From Desulfobacteraceae bacterium (GTDB taxonomy: Bacteria > Desulfobacterota > Desulfobacteria > Desulfobacterales > JAABRJ01), in contig JAABRJ010000423.1 in assembly GCA_011390985.1 (NCBI GenBank), positions 1 to 27,062 of the forward strand: a stretch of DNA of 27,062 nt, read 5' to 3'. The notes beneath the pieces are model-generated. The model was not told the origin of the DNA and did no database searches. It was given only the letters and a program-made list of their open reading frames with translations. The translations under genes were made by a program, and so were the position numbers. Within the stretch, counting starts at the first letter, position 1. The number at the start of each line of letters is the position of its first letter. Positions 8,125-16,659 of this stretch are shown here, piece after piece.

Positions 8125-10179
8125 ATGCTGGAAGCCTTGTTTATGATGGGGGGGCTTGGTCTTTTGGTGGGTGTCGGTCTGGCCGCAGCTTCCAAAGCCT
8201 TTTTCGTTTACGTGGATCCGATGATCGAGGCGGTGGAAAGCGCTCTGCCGGGTGCCAACTGCGGCGGTTGCGGCCTGCCGGGCTGCAGCGCGAACGCCGA
8301 GGCCATTGTGTCCGGCCGGGCGGCACCCAACTCCTGTGTTGCGGCCGGCCCTGAAGTGGCTGCGGCGATTGCCACGATTCTGGGGGTGTCCATTGAAGTT
8401 AAGGAGCCGGACATTGCGCGCCCCGGCTGCACTTACGGGGTTCAGGATGCCGACATCAAGTACCTGTATGACGGTCTGAGCGACTGTCGGGCAGCGGCCC
8501 TGCTCAGCGGCGGCATGAAAGTCTGCACTGTCGGCTGCCTGGGGCTGGGCAGTTGCGCCAAGGCCTGTCCGTTCGATGCCATCACGATGGGTCCCGAGGG
8601 GCTGCCGGTGGTGAATGAAGCCCGCTGCACGGGCTGCGGCACCTGTGAGCGGGTGTGCCCCAAGCACATCATCACCCTTTCCTCGGTCACCCGCCGCATC
8701 ATGCGGGAATACACCGCCGATGAGTGCACAACCCCCTGCCAGCGCGCCTGCCCCGCCGGCATCGATATCTGTGAATATATCCGGCAGATCACGCTGGGCG
8801 ATTACCACCGTTCGGTTCAGGTGATCAAAGAGCGCAACCCCTTCCCCACCGTCATCGGCCGCATCTGTCCGCGTCCCTGCGAACAGGAGTGCCGGCGCGG
8901 GCTGGTCGACGAACCCGTGGCGATCAACTTTCTGAAGCGGTTTGTGGCCGATTATGAACGCGCAAAGGGGTCCCGGATTCAGCCCTTCAAGGCGCCCGCG
9001 ACCGGGCGCAAAATCGCGGTGGTCGGGGGAGGCGTGGAAGGCCTCTCCACCGCCTTTTTTGCCGCCCGGCTCGGGCATGAGGCCACTGTTTTCGAGGCGA
9101 CCGCCAAACTCGGCGGCTTGCTGCGCACCGCCATCGCCCGCAATCGTCTGCCCCAGGACGTGCTCGACTGGGACATCCAAGGGGTGCTAGAGATGGGCGT
9201 GGCCGCTGAAACCGGCAAAGCCCTGGGGAAAGATTTCAGCGTGGCGTCCCTTCTCCAGGACGGCTATGAAGCGGTCTTCCTTGCCGCCGGCGGGTGGGAC
9301 AGCCGACTGACCCGGCAGTCCGGGTCTGGCGTCGAAAGGCCGCTTCCCAACACCCATCTGCTCATCGATTTCCTGAAAGCTGACACGGCGCTTCAGGGCC
9401 AGATCGCCAAAAAAGGGGATGTGGTCATTGTCGGCGGCGGACCGGCCGGGTTGGAGGCCGCCCGCATCTGTCAGAAGGCCGGTGCCGGCAAGGTGAGCCT
9501 TCTGATCCGCGAACCCCGGGAAGACAACCCCCTGAGCGATGCCGAGACGAAAGTGCTGGAAGGCGTTGAAATCCTTTTCGCGACGGGTGTTACACGGCTG
9601 ATCGGAAGGGCCGACCAGCTTCAAGCCCTGGAGCTGGTGGCCCTCGGCACCCGCAAGAAATCCCGAATTGCGGCCAAAACCCTGTTGCTGGCGGCCGGGC
9701 GGTTTCCCCAGTTTATTTTCGGGCCGCCCCAGGTGGTCGAGGGCCAGGAGGCCGTGGCGGGCAGCTGGGAGGCGATTGAGGCCCACAAACCCCCGGTCGT
9801 CGGGTCAACTGACGGGCTGCTGGCCGATGGCGATCCGCTGTCGGATTTCAGCGCCGCCATCAAGGCCATCGGCGCCGGGCGGCGCGGAGCGGCCGCCATC
9901 CACCAGGTGATGTACGGGATTGAACCGGGGCTGCCCGCAAACGTGATTACACCGGATGCCTACATTCAGAACGTTGACACGGTTGAAAACGTGACGGCCG
10001 CCAGCCGCAAGGTGATGCCGCTGTCGCCGGAGGGTGTCGAGATCGAGAAAGGCTACGACCAGGCCCAGGCCATGGCAGAAGCCGGCCGTTGTCTGCAGTG
10101 CGGTCTGATCTGCTACCGCGGGTGCGGCGACCAGACCGGCGAGCGCGGACAACCAAGCCGGCTGATCTTGGGCCGTTAA
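8125..10179 (+). CDS. RnfB-like Fe-S membrane protein fused to an NfnB/GltD-like FAD oxidoreductase module (684 aa)
   Basis: N-terminal TM helix and LPGANCGGCGLPGC (RnfB FeS domain); CTVGCLGLGSCAKACP and CTGCGTCERVCP ferredoxin motifs; then CQRACPAGID...NPFPTVIGRICPRPCEQECRR (Fer4_20), two Rossmann motifs and C-terminal EAGRCLQCG. ATG 8125 follows AGGGGAGAG. Confidence 0.88.
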   Translation: MLEALFMMGGLGLLVGVGLAAASKAFFVYVDPMIEAVESALPGANCGGCGLPGCSANAEAIVSGRAAPNSCVAAGPEVAAAIATILGVSIEVKEPDIARPGCTYGVQDADIKYLYDGLSDCRAAALLSGGMKVCTVGCLGLGSCAKACPFDAITMGPEGLPVVNEARCTGCGTCERVCPKHIITLSSVTRRIMREYTADECTTPCQRACPAGIDICEYIRQITLGDYHRSVQVIKERNPFPTVIGRICPRPCEQECRRGLVDEPVAINFLKRFVADYERAKGSRIQPFKAPATGRKIAVVGGGVEGLSTAFFAARLGHEATVFEATAKLGGLLRTAIARNRLPQDVLDWDIQGVLEMGVAAETGKALGKDFSVASLLQDGYEAVFLAAGGWDSRLTRQSGSGVERPLPNTHLLIDFLKADTALQGQIAKKGDVVIVGGGPAGLEAARICQKAGAGKVSLLIREPREDNPLSDAETKVLEGVEILFATGVTRLIGRADQLQALELVALGTRKKSRIAAKTLLLAAGRFPQFIFGPPQVVEGQEAVAGSWEAIEAHKPPVVGSTDGLLADGDPLSDFSAAIKAIGAGRRGAAAIHQVMYGIEPGLPANVITPDAYIQNVDTVENVTAASRKVMPLSPEGVEIEKGYDQAQAMAEAGRCLQCGLICYRGCGDQTGERGQPSRLILGR

Positions 10180-10210
10180 GCGCACACTACCGTTTTACCG
10201 AGGGCTCGTT

Positions 10211-10696
10211 TTGGCGACTGAAGAAGGATTTGTCATCAAGCTGGAATCGGCTACCACCGCCCGGGTGAAGACCAACAAGAAAAGCGCCTGCGCGGGCTGC
10301 GCCGCCCGGAATTCCTGCAACGGCATGGGCGACGACACGGAGGTCGAAGCCCTGAACCCGGCCGGCGCCCAGGTGGGAGATCGGATTCTGCTCCGAATTG
10401 AAACCGCCTCCCTCCTGAAAGCCACCTTCCTGCTCTACCTTTTTCCGATTATCTGCATGCTCGTGGGTGCGGTTATCGGCCAACGTTACGCGTCCCTGAT
10501 AGGGTTTGACGCCTCTGCCCTCTCTGCCCTTCTGGGGTTTCTGTTCTTCTTTCTGTCGATTCTGTTTGTCAAGTTCAAGGGCAACCGGATGGCGACCCAT
10601 AGTGCCTATCGGCCCAAGATCGTCAAAATCCTGAACCCTGTGAAATTAGAGCAGGACGACCTTGCCCAGACCGTCGTCCCCGCCCCATCCCGCTGA
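10211..10696 (+). CDS. rseC: RseC/MucC family membrane protein (Rnf/Rsx-associated)
   Basis: TTG start, MATEEG N-terminus, CAGCAARNSC motif, AQVGDRILL, YLFP and two TM segments. Confidence 0.82.
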   Translation: MATEEGFVIKLESATTARVKTNKKSACAGCAARNSCNGMGDDTEVEALNPAGAQVGDRILLRIETASLLKATFLLYLFPIICMLVGAVIGQRYASLIGFDASALSALLGFLFFFLSILFVKFKGNRMATHSAYRPKIVKILNPVKLEQDDLAQTVVPAPSR

Positions 10697-10860
10697 CGGG
10701 CCGCGCTCCCTCAGTTCCCATCCAACGAGGACTGTCACGGCGCCGGCCCGAGGGGTCGGCGCTGATCTGCAGCTAGTGACGCACGACCGGGAGCCGCTCG
10801 CGTTCCGGCGGGCTCGGGCAGGCGGCCTGGACACCGCGTTCATCCAGGAGATGGTTTGCA

Positions 10861-11424
10861 ATGAGGCGGCGCTGCCACTGGGCAGGGGATGACCCGCTGT
10901 GCGTGGCCTACCACGACAGCGAGTGGGGTGTCCCGCTGCACGACGATACCCGGCTTTTCGAATTTTTGGTGCTGGAAGGGACCCAGGCCGGTCTCAGTTG
11001 GCGGACCATCCTTCGTAAGCGCGAAAACTACCGCCGCGCATTTGACGGCTTCGATCCGGTCAAGGTGGCCGGCTACTGCCCTGAAAAGGTTTCGGCCCTG
11101 ATGGCCGATGCCGGGCTGATCCGCAACCGGATGAAAATCGAAGCCGCAGTCGGCAATGCCCGGGCCTTCCGCTCGGTCCAGGATCGCTTCGGCAGTTTTG
11201 ACCGCTACATCTGGCAGTTTACCGGCGGCCGGCCGGTAAGAAACACCTGGCGCCGGCCGGCGGATGTTCCCGCCTGGACGCCCCTTTCGACGGCCGTCAG
11301 CCGCGATTTGAAAATCCGGGGGTTCAAGTTTGTCGGGCCCACCATCTGTTACGCCTTCATGCAGGCGGTGGGAATGGTCAACGACCATACCGTGGACTGC
11401 TTCCGCCATTACGAGATCGGGTAG
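10861..11424 (+). CDS. tag: DNA-3-methyladenine glycosylase I
   Basis: RCHW, YHDSEWG, LFEFLVLEGTQAGLSW, IRNRMKI, GFKFVGPTICYAFMQAVGMVNDH...C. Confidence 0.96.
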   Translation: MRRRCHWAGDDPLCVAYHDSEWGVPLHDDTRLFEFLVLEGTQAGLSWRTILRKRENYRRAFDGFDPVKVAGYCPEKVSALMADAGLIRNRMKIEAAVGNARAFRSVQDRFGSFDRYIWQFTGGRPVRNTWRRPADVPAWTPLSTAVSRDLKIRGFKFVGPTICYAFMQAVGMVNDHTVDCFRHYEIG

Positions 11425-11457
11425 CCGTCCCAAAACCCCCAAAATGGGAGTCGCGCT

Positions 11458-12162
11458 TTATCCCGCGGTGGCGGCACGGTAGTGGCACGCCAGCCTGTCG
11501 GGGGGGGTGCCGAGATAGAAGCGGGTCAGCAGCAGCCAGTTGCGCAGGGTGCAGTTGACAATGCCCTCCCGTTGCCAGCGGCGCGGCGAGGTCCGGACCC
11601 GGGCGGGCAGGATCCGGATCCGGTGGCCGCCCTTTTTCACCCGCCGCATCAGCTCCACGTCTTCCATGATCCCGATGTCTGAAAAACCGCCGATTCGTCT
11701 GAAAAAGCGGCGGTCAAAAAAGAGCGCCTGGTCCCCGTAGGGGATTCGGGTCAATCGGGTGCGCAGGCTGACGGCGCCCTCGATGACTCGGAAAAGGGGG
11801 TTGGGCGAGGCGATCCCGAGGTGGAAGGCCCCGCCGACGATGCGGGGGGACCTGAGGGCCGCGGCAACCGACTCGAGGGCATCGTGCGGCAGCCGGGTAT
11901 CGGCGTGCAGAAAAAGCAGGATGTCGCCCGCCGCCGCCGCTGCCCCTCGGTTCATCTGGGGCCCCCTGCCCCTGGGGGCGGTAATTTTGGCGACATCCGT
12001 GCGGCGGATGGCGCCGATGGTTGTCGGCGAGGGGGCAGCGTCCACCACAATGATGTCAAATCGCCCTGAAAAAGGCAGATCGATCAGATGATCGAGGGTA
12101 TGGTTTATGGTGTAGGCCTCTTGGAAGACCGGGATGACGATCGAAATCCCGCAGGCCTTCAT
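11458..12162 (-). CDS. Family 2 glycosyltransferase, TIGR04283-type
   Basis: ISIVIPVFQE, GRGPQMNRGA, LLFLHADT, PYGDQALF, MEDVEL, TSPRRW. Start set at ATG 12162. Confidence 0.88.
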   Translation of the reverse strand: MKACGISIVIPVFQEAYTINHTLDHLIDLPFSGRFDIIVVDAAPSPTTIGAIRRTDVAKITAPRGRGPQMNRGAAAAAGDILLFLHADTRLPHDALESVAAALRSPRIVGGAFHLGIASPNPLFRVIEGAVSLRTRLTRIPYGDQALFFDRRFFRRIGGFSDIGIMEDVELMRRVKKGGHRIRILPARVRTSPRRWQREGIVNCTLRNWLLLTRFYLGTPPDRLACHYRAATAG

Positions 12163-12200
12163 GCAACCGCCGGAAAAAATGAAATGAGCTGCATTAAAAA

Positions 12201-13169
12201 ATGACCCCTGACAGTTTTGTTGCACGCTTGGCAGCAGGTGCTGCCGCCGGCAGCCGCAAAGGCTGGCGCGGCTTTATCTGGATGCTGAAGATCCTCGTCC
12301 CCATTTCCCTCGTCACGGCACTCCTGGCCCACAGCGGCGCGTTCGATCAGCTGGACTTTCTGCTGGAACCGCTGATGGGCATCCTGGGCCTCCCGGCCAT
12401 GGCGGCGCTGCCCCTCGTGGCCGGACTGCTGACCGGAATTTACGGGGGGATTGCCACCATGACGGTTCTGCCCTTTACGGTGGCCCAAATGACCCTGATC
12501 GCGATTTTCCTGCTGATCTCGCACAACATCGTTCAGGAGGCCATCATCCAGGGGAAATCCGGCCTCCACCCGCTCAAGGCCACCGCCTTCCGCCTGGTCG
12601 TCTCCTGCGTGACGGTCATGGTGGTGTCACGTCTTGTCCCTGCCGACGCGGCGGCGATCGTATCACAGGCGCCGGGGGCTTTACCTTCGGTTTCGGTGGG
12701 GGCGATGCTGAGAGGCTGGAGCCTTGACGCCTTTTTGATGGCGCTCAAAATTTTCCTGATCATCATGCCGCTCATGATTCTGCTGGAGGAAATGAAACAG
12801 TTCAACCTGATCCGCCACCTGGTGAAGCTCGCCGGGCCGCTTTTGAAGGTGATGGGGGTGGACCGCAAGGTCGGGATGCTCTGGCTGACGGCCGTGATTT
12901 TCGGGCTCTCCTACGGGGCGGCGGTGATAGTCGAGGAAACCCGGGAGGGCCAGTTTTCGGCCGAGGAGCTATCCCGCCTGCAGCTCTCCATCGGGGTCAA
13001 TCACTCCATGATTGAAGATCCCGCGCTTTTCCTGCCCCTGGGCGTGAGCGCTTTCTGGTTGTGGGTGCCGCGTCTGGTGATGGCCATTCTGGCCGTCCAC
13101 CTTTACATACTCTGGCAGCGTATTCTCAGACGGCGCCGCCTGAAGACGGCCGCGGCTGCCAGGGCCTGA
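12201..13169 (+). CDS. Nucleoside-recognition (Gate) domain membrane protein
   Basis: Multi-TM protein with two Gate-like repeats (LEPLMGILGLP; AGPLLKVMGV...VIFGLSYGAAVI) and HSMIEDP. Substrate unknown. Confidence 0.75.
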   Translation: MTPDSFVARLAAGAAAGSRKGWRGFIWMLKILVPISLVTALLAHSGAFDQLDFLLEPLMGILGLPAMAALPLVAGLLTGIYGGIATMTVLPFTVAQMTLIAIFLLISHNIVQEAIIQGKSGLHPLKATAFRLVVSCVTVMVVSRLVPADAAAIVSQAPGALPSVSVGAMLRGWSLDAFLMALKIFLIIMPLMILLEEMKQFNLIRHLVKLAGPLLKVMGVDRKVGMLWLTAVIFGLSYGAAVIVEETREGQFSAEELSRLQLSIGVNHSMIEDPALFLPLGVSAFWLWVPRLVMAILAVHLYILWQRILRRRRLKTAAAARA

Positions 13170-13533
13170 ATCGGACAGGGCGTCTAGCTGCGGCCCCGAA
13201 TTCCCGACCGATGCCTACCGGCCCGGCTGCTTTGCTTCTCGCACCTTGGGCACCGGGCCTCTCAGCCTCCGCGCTGCAACACCGTATTTCAGGCCACGCC
13301 CACTTAGGCGGAATCCGCTTCAGTCATGGACCGCGCTTTTATAGCATAAACACCCGGTTTGATGAAGAACAATCCCGGTCTTGACGAAGATGGCGCCCCC
13401 TGAAGGCGGCTTTACAATCCCCCCCGGCTGTGCGATAAATTTGACCCGATTGAACCGGCCGGACGATGCCTTGCGGCGACCGATCCAATCGCTGCAAATG
13501 ACCTCCTTTCAGCCCTTGGGGCTGGGCACGTGT

Positions 13534-15237
13534 ATGCTTGAAGCGCTTTGCATTCGAAACTTCGCCATCATCGACGACCTGCGCATCCCCTTTCAGGACG
13601 GCCTCACGGTGCTCAGCGGCGAGACCGGTGCCGGAAAATCGATCATCATCAGCGCGGTCAACCTGCTTTTGGGCAGCCGTGCGAGCGCTAAGCTCATTCG
13701 CACCGGTGCGGATTGCGCTGAACTGGAGGCCTTGTTTCGGATTGCGCCGAACGGCGCGCTGGCGTCGATGCTGGCGGCGGCGGACTGCGCCGACGGGGAT
13801 GGTTTGGTGGTCCGGCGGCTGGTCTCACGCAACGAACGACACCGGGTCTATCTCAACGGTCGGCTGTCGACCATGCAGGCCCTCAGTTCGGCGACCGAAA
13901 ACCTGGCCAGCATATCCGGCCAGCATGCCCACCAGGGGCTGCTCAACGAGGATCAGCATCTGCTGATCCTGGATCAGTTTGGCGGTCAGCTGACCCTTCG
14001 GGAAGGGCTTGGGGCTTGCTTCCGGACCCTTCTGCCCCTGATTCAGGAGCTTAAAAGCTTAAACCTCCAAAAAGATCGCCAGACCGAGCGGCTGGAGCTG
14101 CTGCGATTTCAACACAAGGAAATTCTGGATGCCGACATCCAGCCCGCGGAAGATGAGCGGCTCGCCCAAGAGCAGCTGCGCCTGCGCAGCGCCGAAACCC
14201 TTTTCCGCACCGCCCAGGAGAGCATCGATGGCCTTTACGCCACCGAAGGCGCCGTCGTGGAGCGCCTGGCGGAAATTCAGAAAACCCTGGAAAAAGTCAG
14301 CGGCCTCGATGGCGGGCTTGCACCGGTCGCCCGGCGCCTGGCAGAGGCCTGCTACCAGCTGGAGGATACGGTCGACGAACTGCGCCACTACCGCGACTCC
14401 GTGACCATGGATGAGCGGCGGCTGGAGGCGGTCGAGGCGCGTCTGGACATGCTGCGCGCTTTGAAGCGCAAGTACGGCGGCAGCCTGACGGCGGTGGCCG
14501 AACGGCGCGCGGCCATCGAACGCGAACTGCTGCAGATCGGGGACATAGAGGGCAGGATGACCGCGGTCCGCCAACAGATCGAGGCGCAGCAGGCCCGCCT
14601 GGCCGACCAGAGTCGCAAGCTTTCGGCGAAAAGGAAAAATTCGGCCAGAAGTCTGGGTGCAAAGGTCGAAAGCGAACTGGCGTCGCTTAACATGGCCCAG
14701 ACCCGTTTCGAGGTGCTCCTTCAGACCCTCCCGGCAGACCCCGGTTTCGAGCCTTTTTTGACGGTGGATGGCTTCGCGGTGGGGGAAACCGGCTTCGATC
14801 GGGCCTGTTTCATGATCGCACCCAATGTCGGTGAGGACCCCAAGCCGCTTGCGGCGATTGCCTCAGGCGGCGAACTCTCCCGGGTGGTGCTGGCCCTCAA
14901 GGCGATCCTGGCGCAGTCCGATGCGGTCGGTACGATCATTTTTGACGAGGTCGATGCCGGCATCGGCGGTGGGGTCGCGGAAATGGTGGGGCAAAAACTG
15001 GCCGCTCTGGCGCGCTACCACCAGGTGATCTGCATCACCCATCTGCCCCAGATCGCCCGTTTTGCCCACCACCACTATCGGATTTCCAAGCATGTCGCCG
15101 GCGGCCGGACCCACACCCGGATCGAGCCGCTGGAGGCCGAGGCGCGGGTCCAGGAAATCGCCCGGATGCTGGGGGGTGCCACCATCACGCCCAAAACCCT
15201 GGATCATGCCCGCGAGATGCTTCAAGGACGCCTGTAA
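13534..15237 (+). CDS. recN: DNA repair protein RecN
   Basis: MLEALCIRNFAIID, Walker A SGETGAGKS, long coiled coil, signature ASGGELSR, Walker B IIFDEVDAGIGG, ITHLPQIA. True start at ATG 13534. Confidence 0.96.
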   Translation: MLEALCIRNFAIIDDLRIPFQDGLTVLSGETGAGKSIIISAVNLLLGSRASAKLIRTGADCAELEALFRIAPNGALASMLAAADCADGDGLVVRRLVSRNERHRVYLNGRLSTMQALSSATENLASISGQHAHQGLLNEDQHLLILDQFGGQLTLREGLGACFRTLLPLIQELKSLNLQKDRQTERLELLRFQHKEILDADIQPAEDERLAQEQLRLRSAETLFRTAQESIDGLYATEGAVVERLAEIQKTLEKVSGLDGGLAPVARRLAEACYQLEDTVDELRHYRDSVTMDERRLEAVEARLDMLRALKRKYGGSLTAVAERRAAIERELLQIGDIEGRMTAVRQQIEAQQARLADQSRKLSAKRKNSARSLGAKVESELASLNMAQTRFEVLLQTLPADPGFEPFLTVDGFAVGETGFDRACFMIAPNVGEDPKPLAAIASGGELSRVVLALKAILAQSDAVGTIIFDEVDAGIGGGVAEMVGQKLAALARYHQVICITHLPQIARFAHHHYRISKHVAGGRTHTRIEPLEAEARVQEIARMLGGATITPKTLDHAREMLQGRL

Positions 15238-15265
15238 ACGGGCGTTCACAGCGGCCGGCGCGCGC

Positions 15266-15294
15266 TTGACAAGCCCACGACGGGATATTAAAAA
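15266..15294 (+). promoter_or_regulatory. Candidate sigma70 promoter for the FmdB-pflX transcript
   Basis: Perfect TTGACA at 15266-15271. The AT-rich -10 region (TATTAAAAA) does not give a clean 17-nt match. Confidence 0.4.
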
Positions 15295-15335
15295 CACCAG
15301 CAGATGCTTTTTTGAGGGTCAAACGGAGGAATTCC

Positions 15336-15584
15336 ATGCCACTTTACGAATTCAAATGTCAGAAGTGCAACGAAATTTTCGAGCTCTTGGTCATGAGCCG
15401 CGGACAAGACGTCGAGATGAAATGCCCGCATTGCGGTGCCGAGTCCTTCGAGCGCGTCCTCAGCACCACCCACTATGCCATGGGCGGCGGAGCCGGTTCG
15501 GGAACTGATGCCCGGCCTGCGGTCCAGACGCGCACCTGTTCCGGCGGCTCCTGCACCACCTACGATATTCCCGGTCCGGCCTGA
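15336..15584 (+). CDS. FmdB-family zinc-ribbon protein
   Basis: MPLYEFKCQKC...CPHCG motif, GGAGGA RBS, Gly-rich tail with CSGGSC. Confidence 0.9.
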   Translation: MPLYEFKCQKCNEIFELLVMSRGQDVEMKCPHCGAESFERVLSTTHYAMGGGAGSGTDARPAVQTRTCSGGSCTTYDIPGPA

Positions 15585-15615
15585 GCCGCGTCGGCCGCGA
15601 CCGCAGGGAGATGCC

Positions 15616-16551
15616 ATGGCGACCCGCAAGCCGATCTATATCAGCTCCTTCCAACAGGGGGCGCTGAAAACCAAGATCAAGGCGGCGTGGAAAAAAATGC
15701 GGTCCTGCACCCTCTGCCCGCGGCGCTGCAAGGTCGACCGGCTGGCCGGCCAGACCGGAATTTGCAGAACCGGGCGGGCGGCCGTGGTCGCCAGCGTCGG
15801 CCCGCACTTTGGCGAGGAGGCGCCGCTGGTGGGACGCCACGGATCGGGCACGATTTTTTTTACCCATTGCAGTTTGCTGTGCCGCTTCTGCCAGAATTTC
15901 GATATCAGCCACCAGGGTGCGGGGGAACCCGCCAGCGCCGCGCAACTTGCCGAAATGATGCTGGCCCTGCAGGTGCAGGGGTGCCACAATATCAATTTGG
16001 TCACCCCGTCCCATGTGGTTCCCCAAATTCTGGCGGCGGTGGTAGAGGCCGTTCCCAAGGGTCTCAGCCTCCCGCTGGTCTGCAATACCAGCGGCTATGA
16101 CCAGGTGCAAACGCTGGAACTGCTGGACGGCGTAATCGATATCTACATGCCGGACTTCAAGTTTTGGGACCCCGAGGTGTCGCATGCCGTCTGCCGCGCC
16201 AGCGATTACCCGGCCGTTGCCCGTGCGGCGCTCAGGGAGATGCACCGGCAGGTGGGAGATCTTCGGCTGGATTCCGATGGCGTGGCGTACCGGGGGCTGC
16301 TGGTGCGCCACTTGGTGATGCCCCATGGTCTGGCCGGCACCCCCGCGGTCATGGACTTCATTGCCAGGGAAATATCCCCCGACACGTACGTCAACATCAT
16401 GACCCAATACCGGCCCTGCGGCCGGGCGGTTGAAGACCCCCTGCTGGCCGATACCCCAACCCAAGGCGATTTCGAATATGCCCTTGAAGCCGCCCGCGCG
16501 GCCGGTTTGACCCGGCTGGACAAGCCCCGCCGTGTATTTGCTTTTTTCTGA
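15616..16551 (+). CDS. Radical SAM protein, PflX (COG1313)-like
   Basis: CTLCPRRC, HFGEEAPL, GSGTIFFTHCSLLCRFCQN (CxxxCxxC), NINLVTPSH, YMPDFKF, LLVRHLVMP. ATG 15616 follows AGGGAG. Confidence 0.9.
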   Translation: MATRKPIYISSFQQGALKTKIKAAWKKMRSCTLCPRRCKVDRLAGQTGICRTGRAAVVASVGPHFGEEAPLVGRHGSGTIFFTHCSLLCRFCQNFDISHQGAGEPASAAQLAEMMLALQVQGCHNINLVTPSHVVPQILAAVVEAVPKGLSLPLVCNTSGYDQVQTLELLDGVIDIYMPDFKFWDPEVSHAVCRASDYPAVARAALREMHRQVGDLRLDSDGVAYRGLLVRHLVMPHGLAGTPAVMDFIAREISPDTYVNIMTQYRPCGRAVEDPLLADTPTQGDFEYALEAARAAGLTRLDKPRRVFAFF

Positions 16552-16659
16552 CGGGCGATTCGGTGCGGCTGATTTCAACCCGGGCGGCAGCAGAACCCGA
16601 CGCTCAAACGGCTCGGGTTCCTCCCAAAGAACGCGATGTTCGAAACCCGAGCGAATCCA

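Noticed and set aside
13220-13260. SRP (4.5S) RNA-like look on the minus strand (CAAGG...GAGAAGCA...AAGCAGCC)
   Set aside because: Lacks the exact CAGG-stem-GNRA-stem-AGCA geometry, and G-U pairs favour the plus-strand fold.
13339-13497. 52-codon minus-strand ORF after AAAGGAGGT
   Set aside because: TTG start only 3 nt from the SD and no protein-like features; kept only as part of the spacer finding.
13330-13533. LexA/SOS box upstream of recN
   Set aside because: No CTGT-N8-ACAG, GAAC-N4-GTTC or Geobacter-type GGTT-N2-C-N4-G-N3-ACC match could be found by eye.
15582-15610. Selenocysteine readthrough of the FmdB TGA
   Set aside because: The TGA is not at a Cys-equivalent position, the following hairpin is only 4 bp, and readthrough is out of frame with the radical SAM gene.
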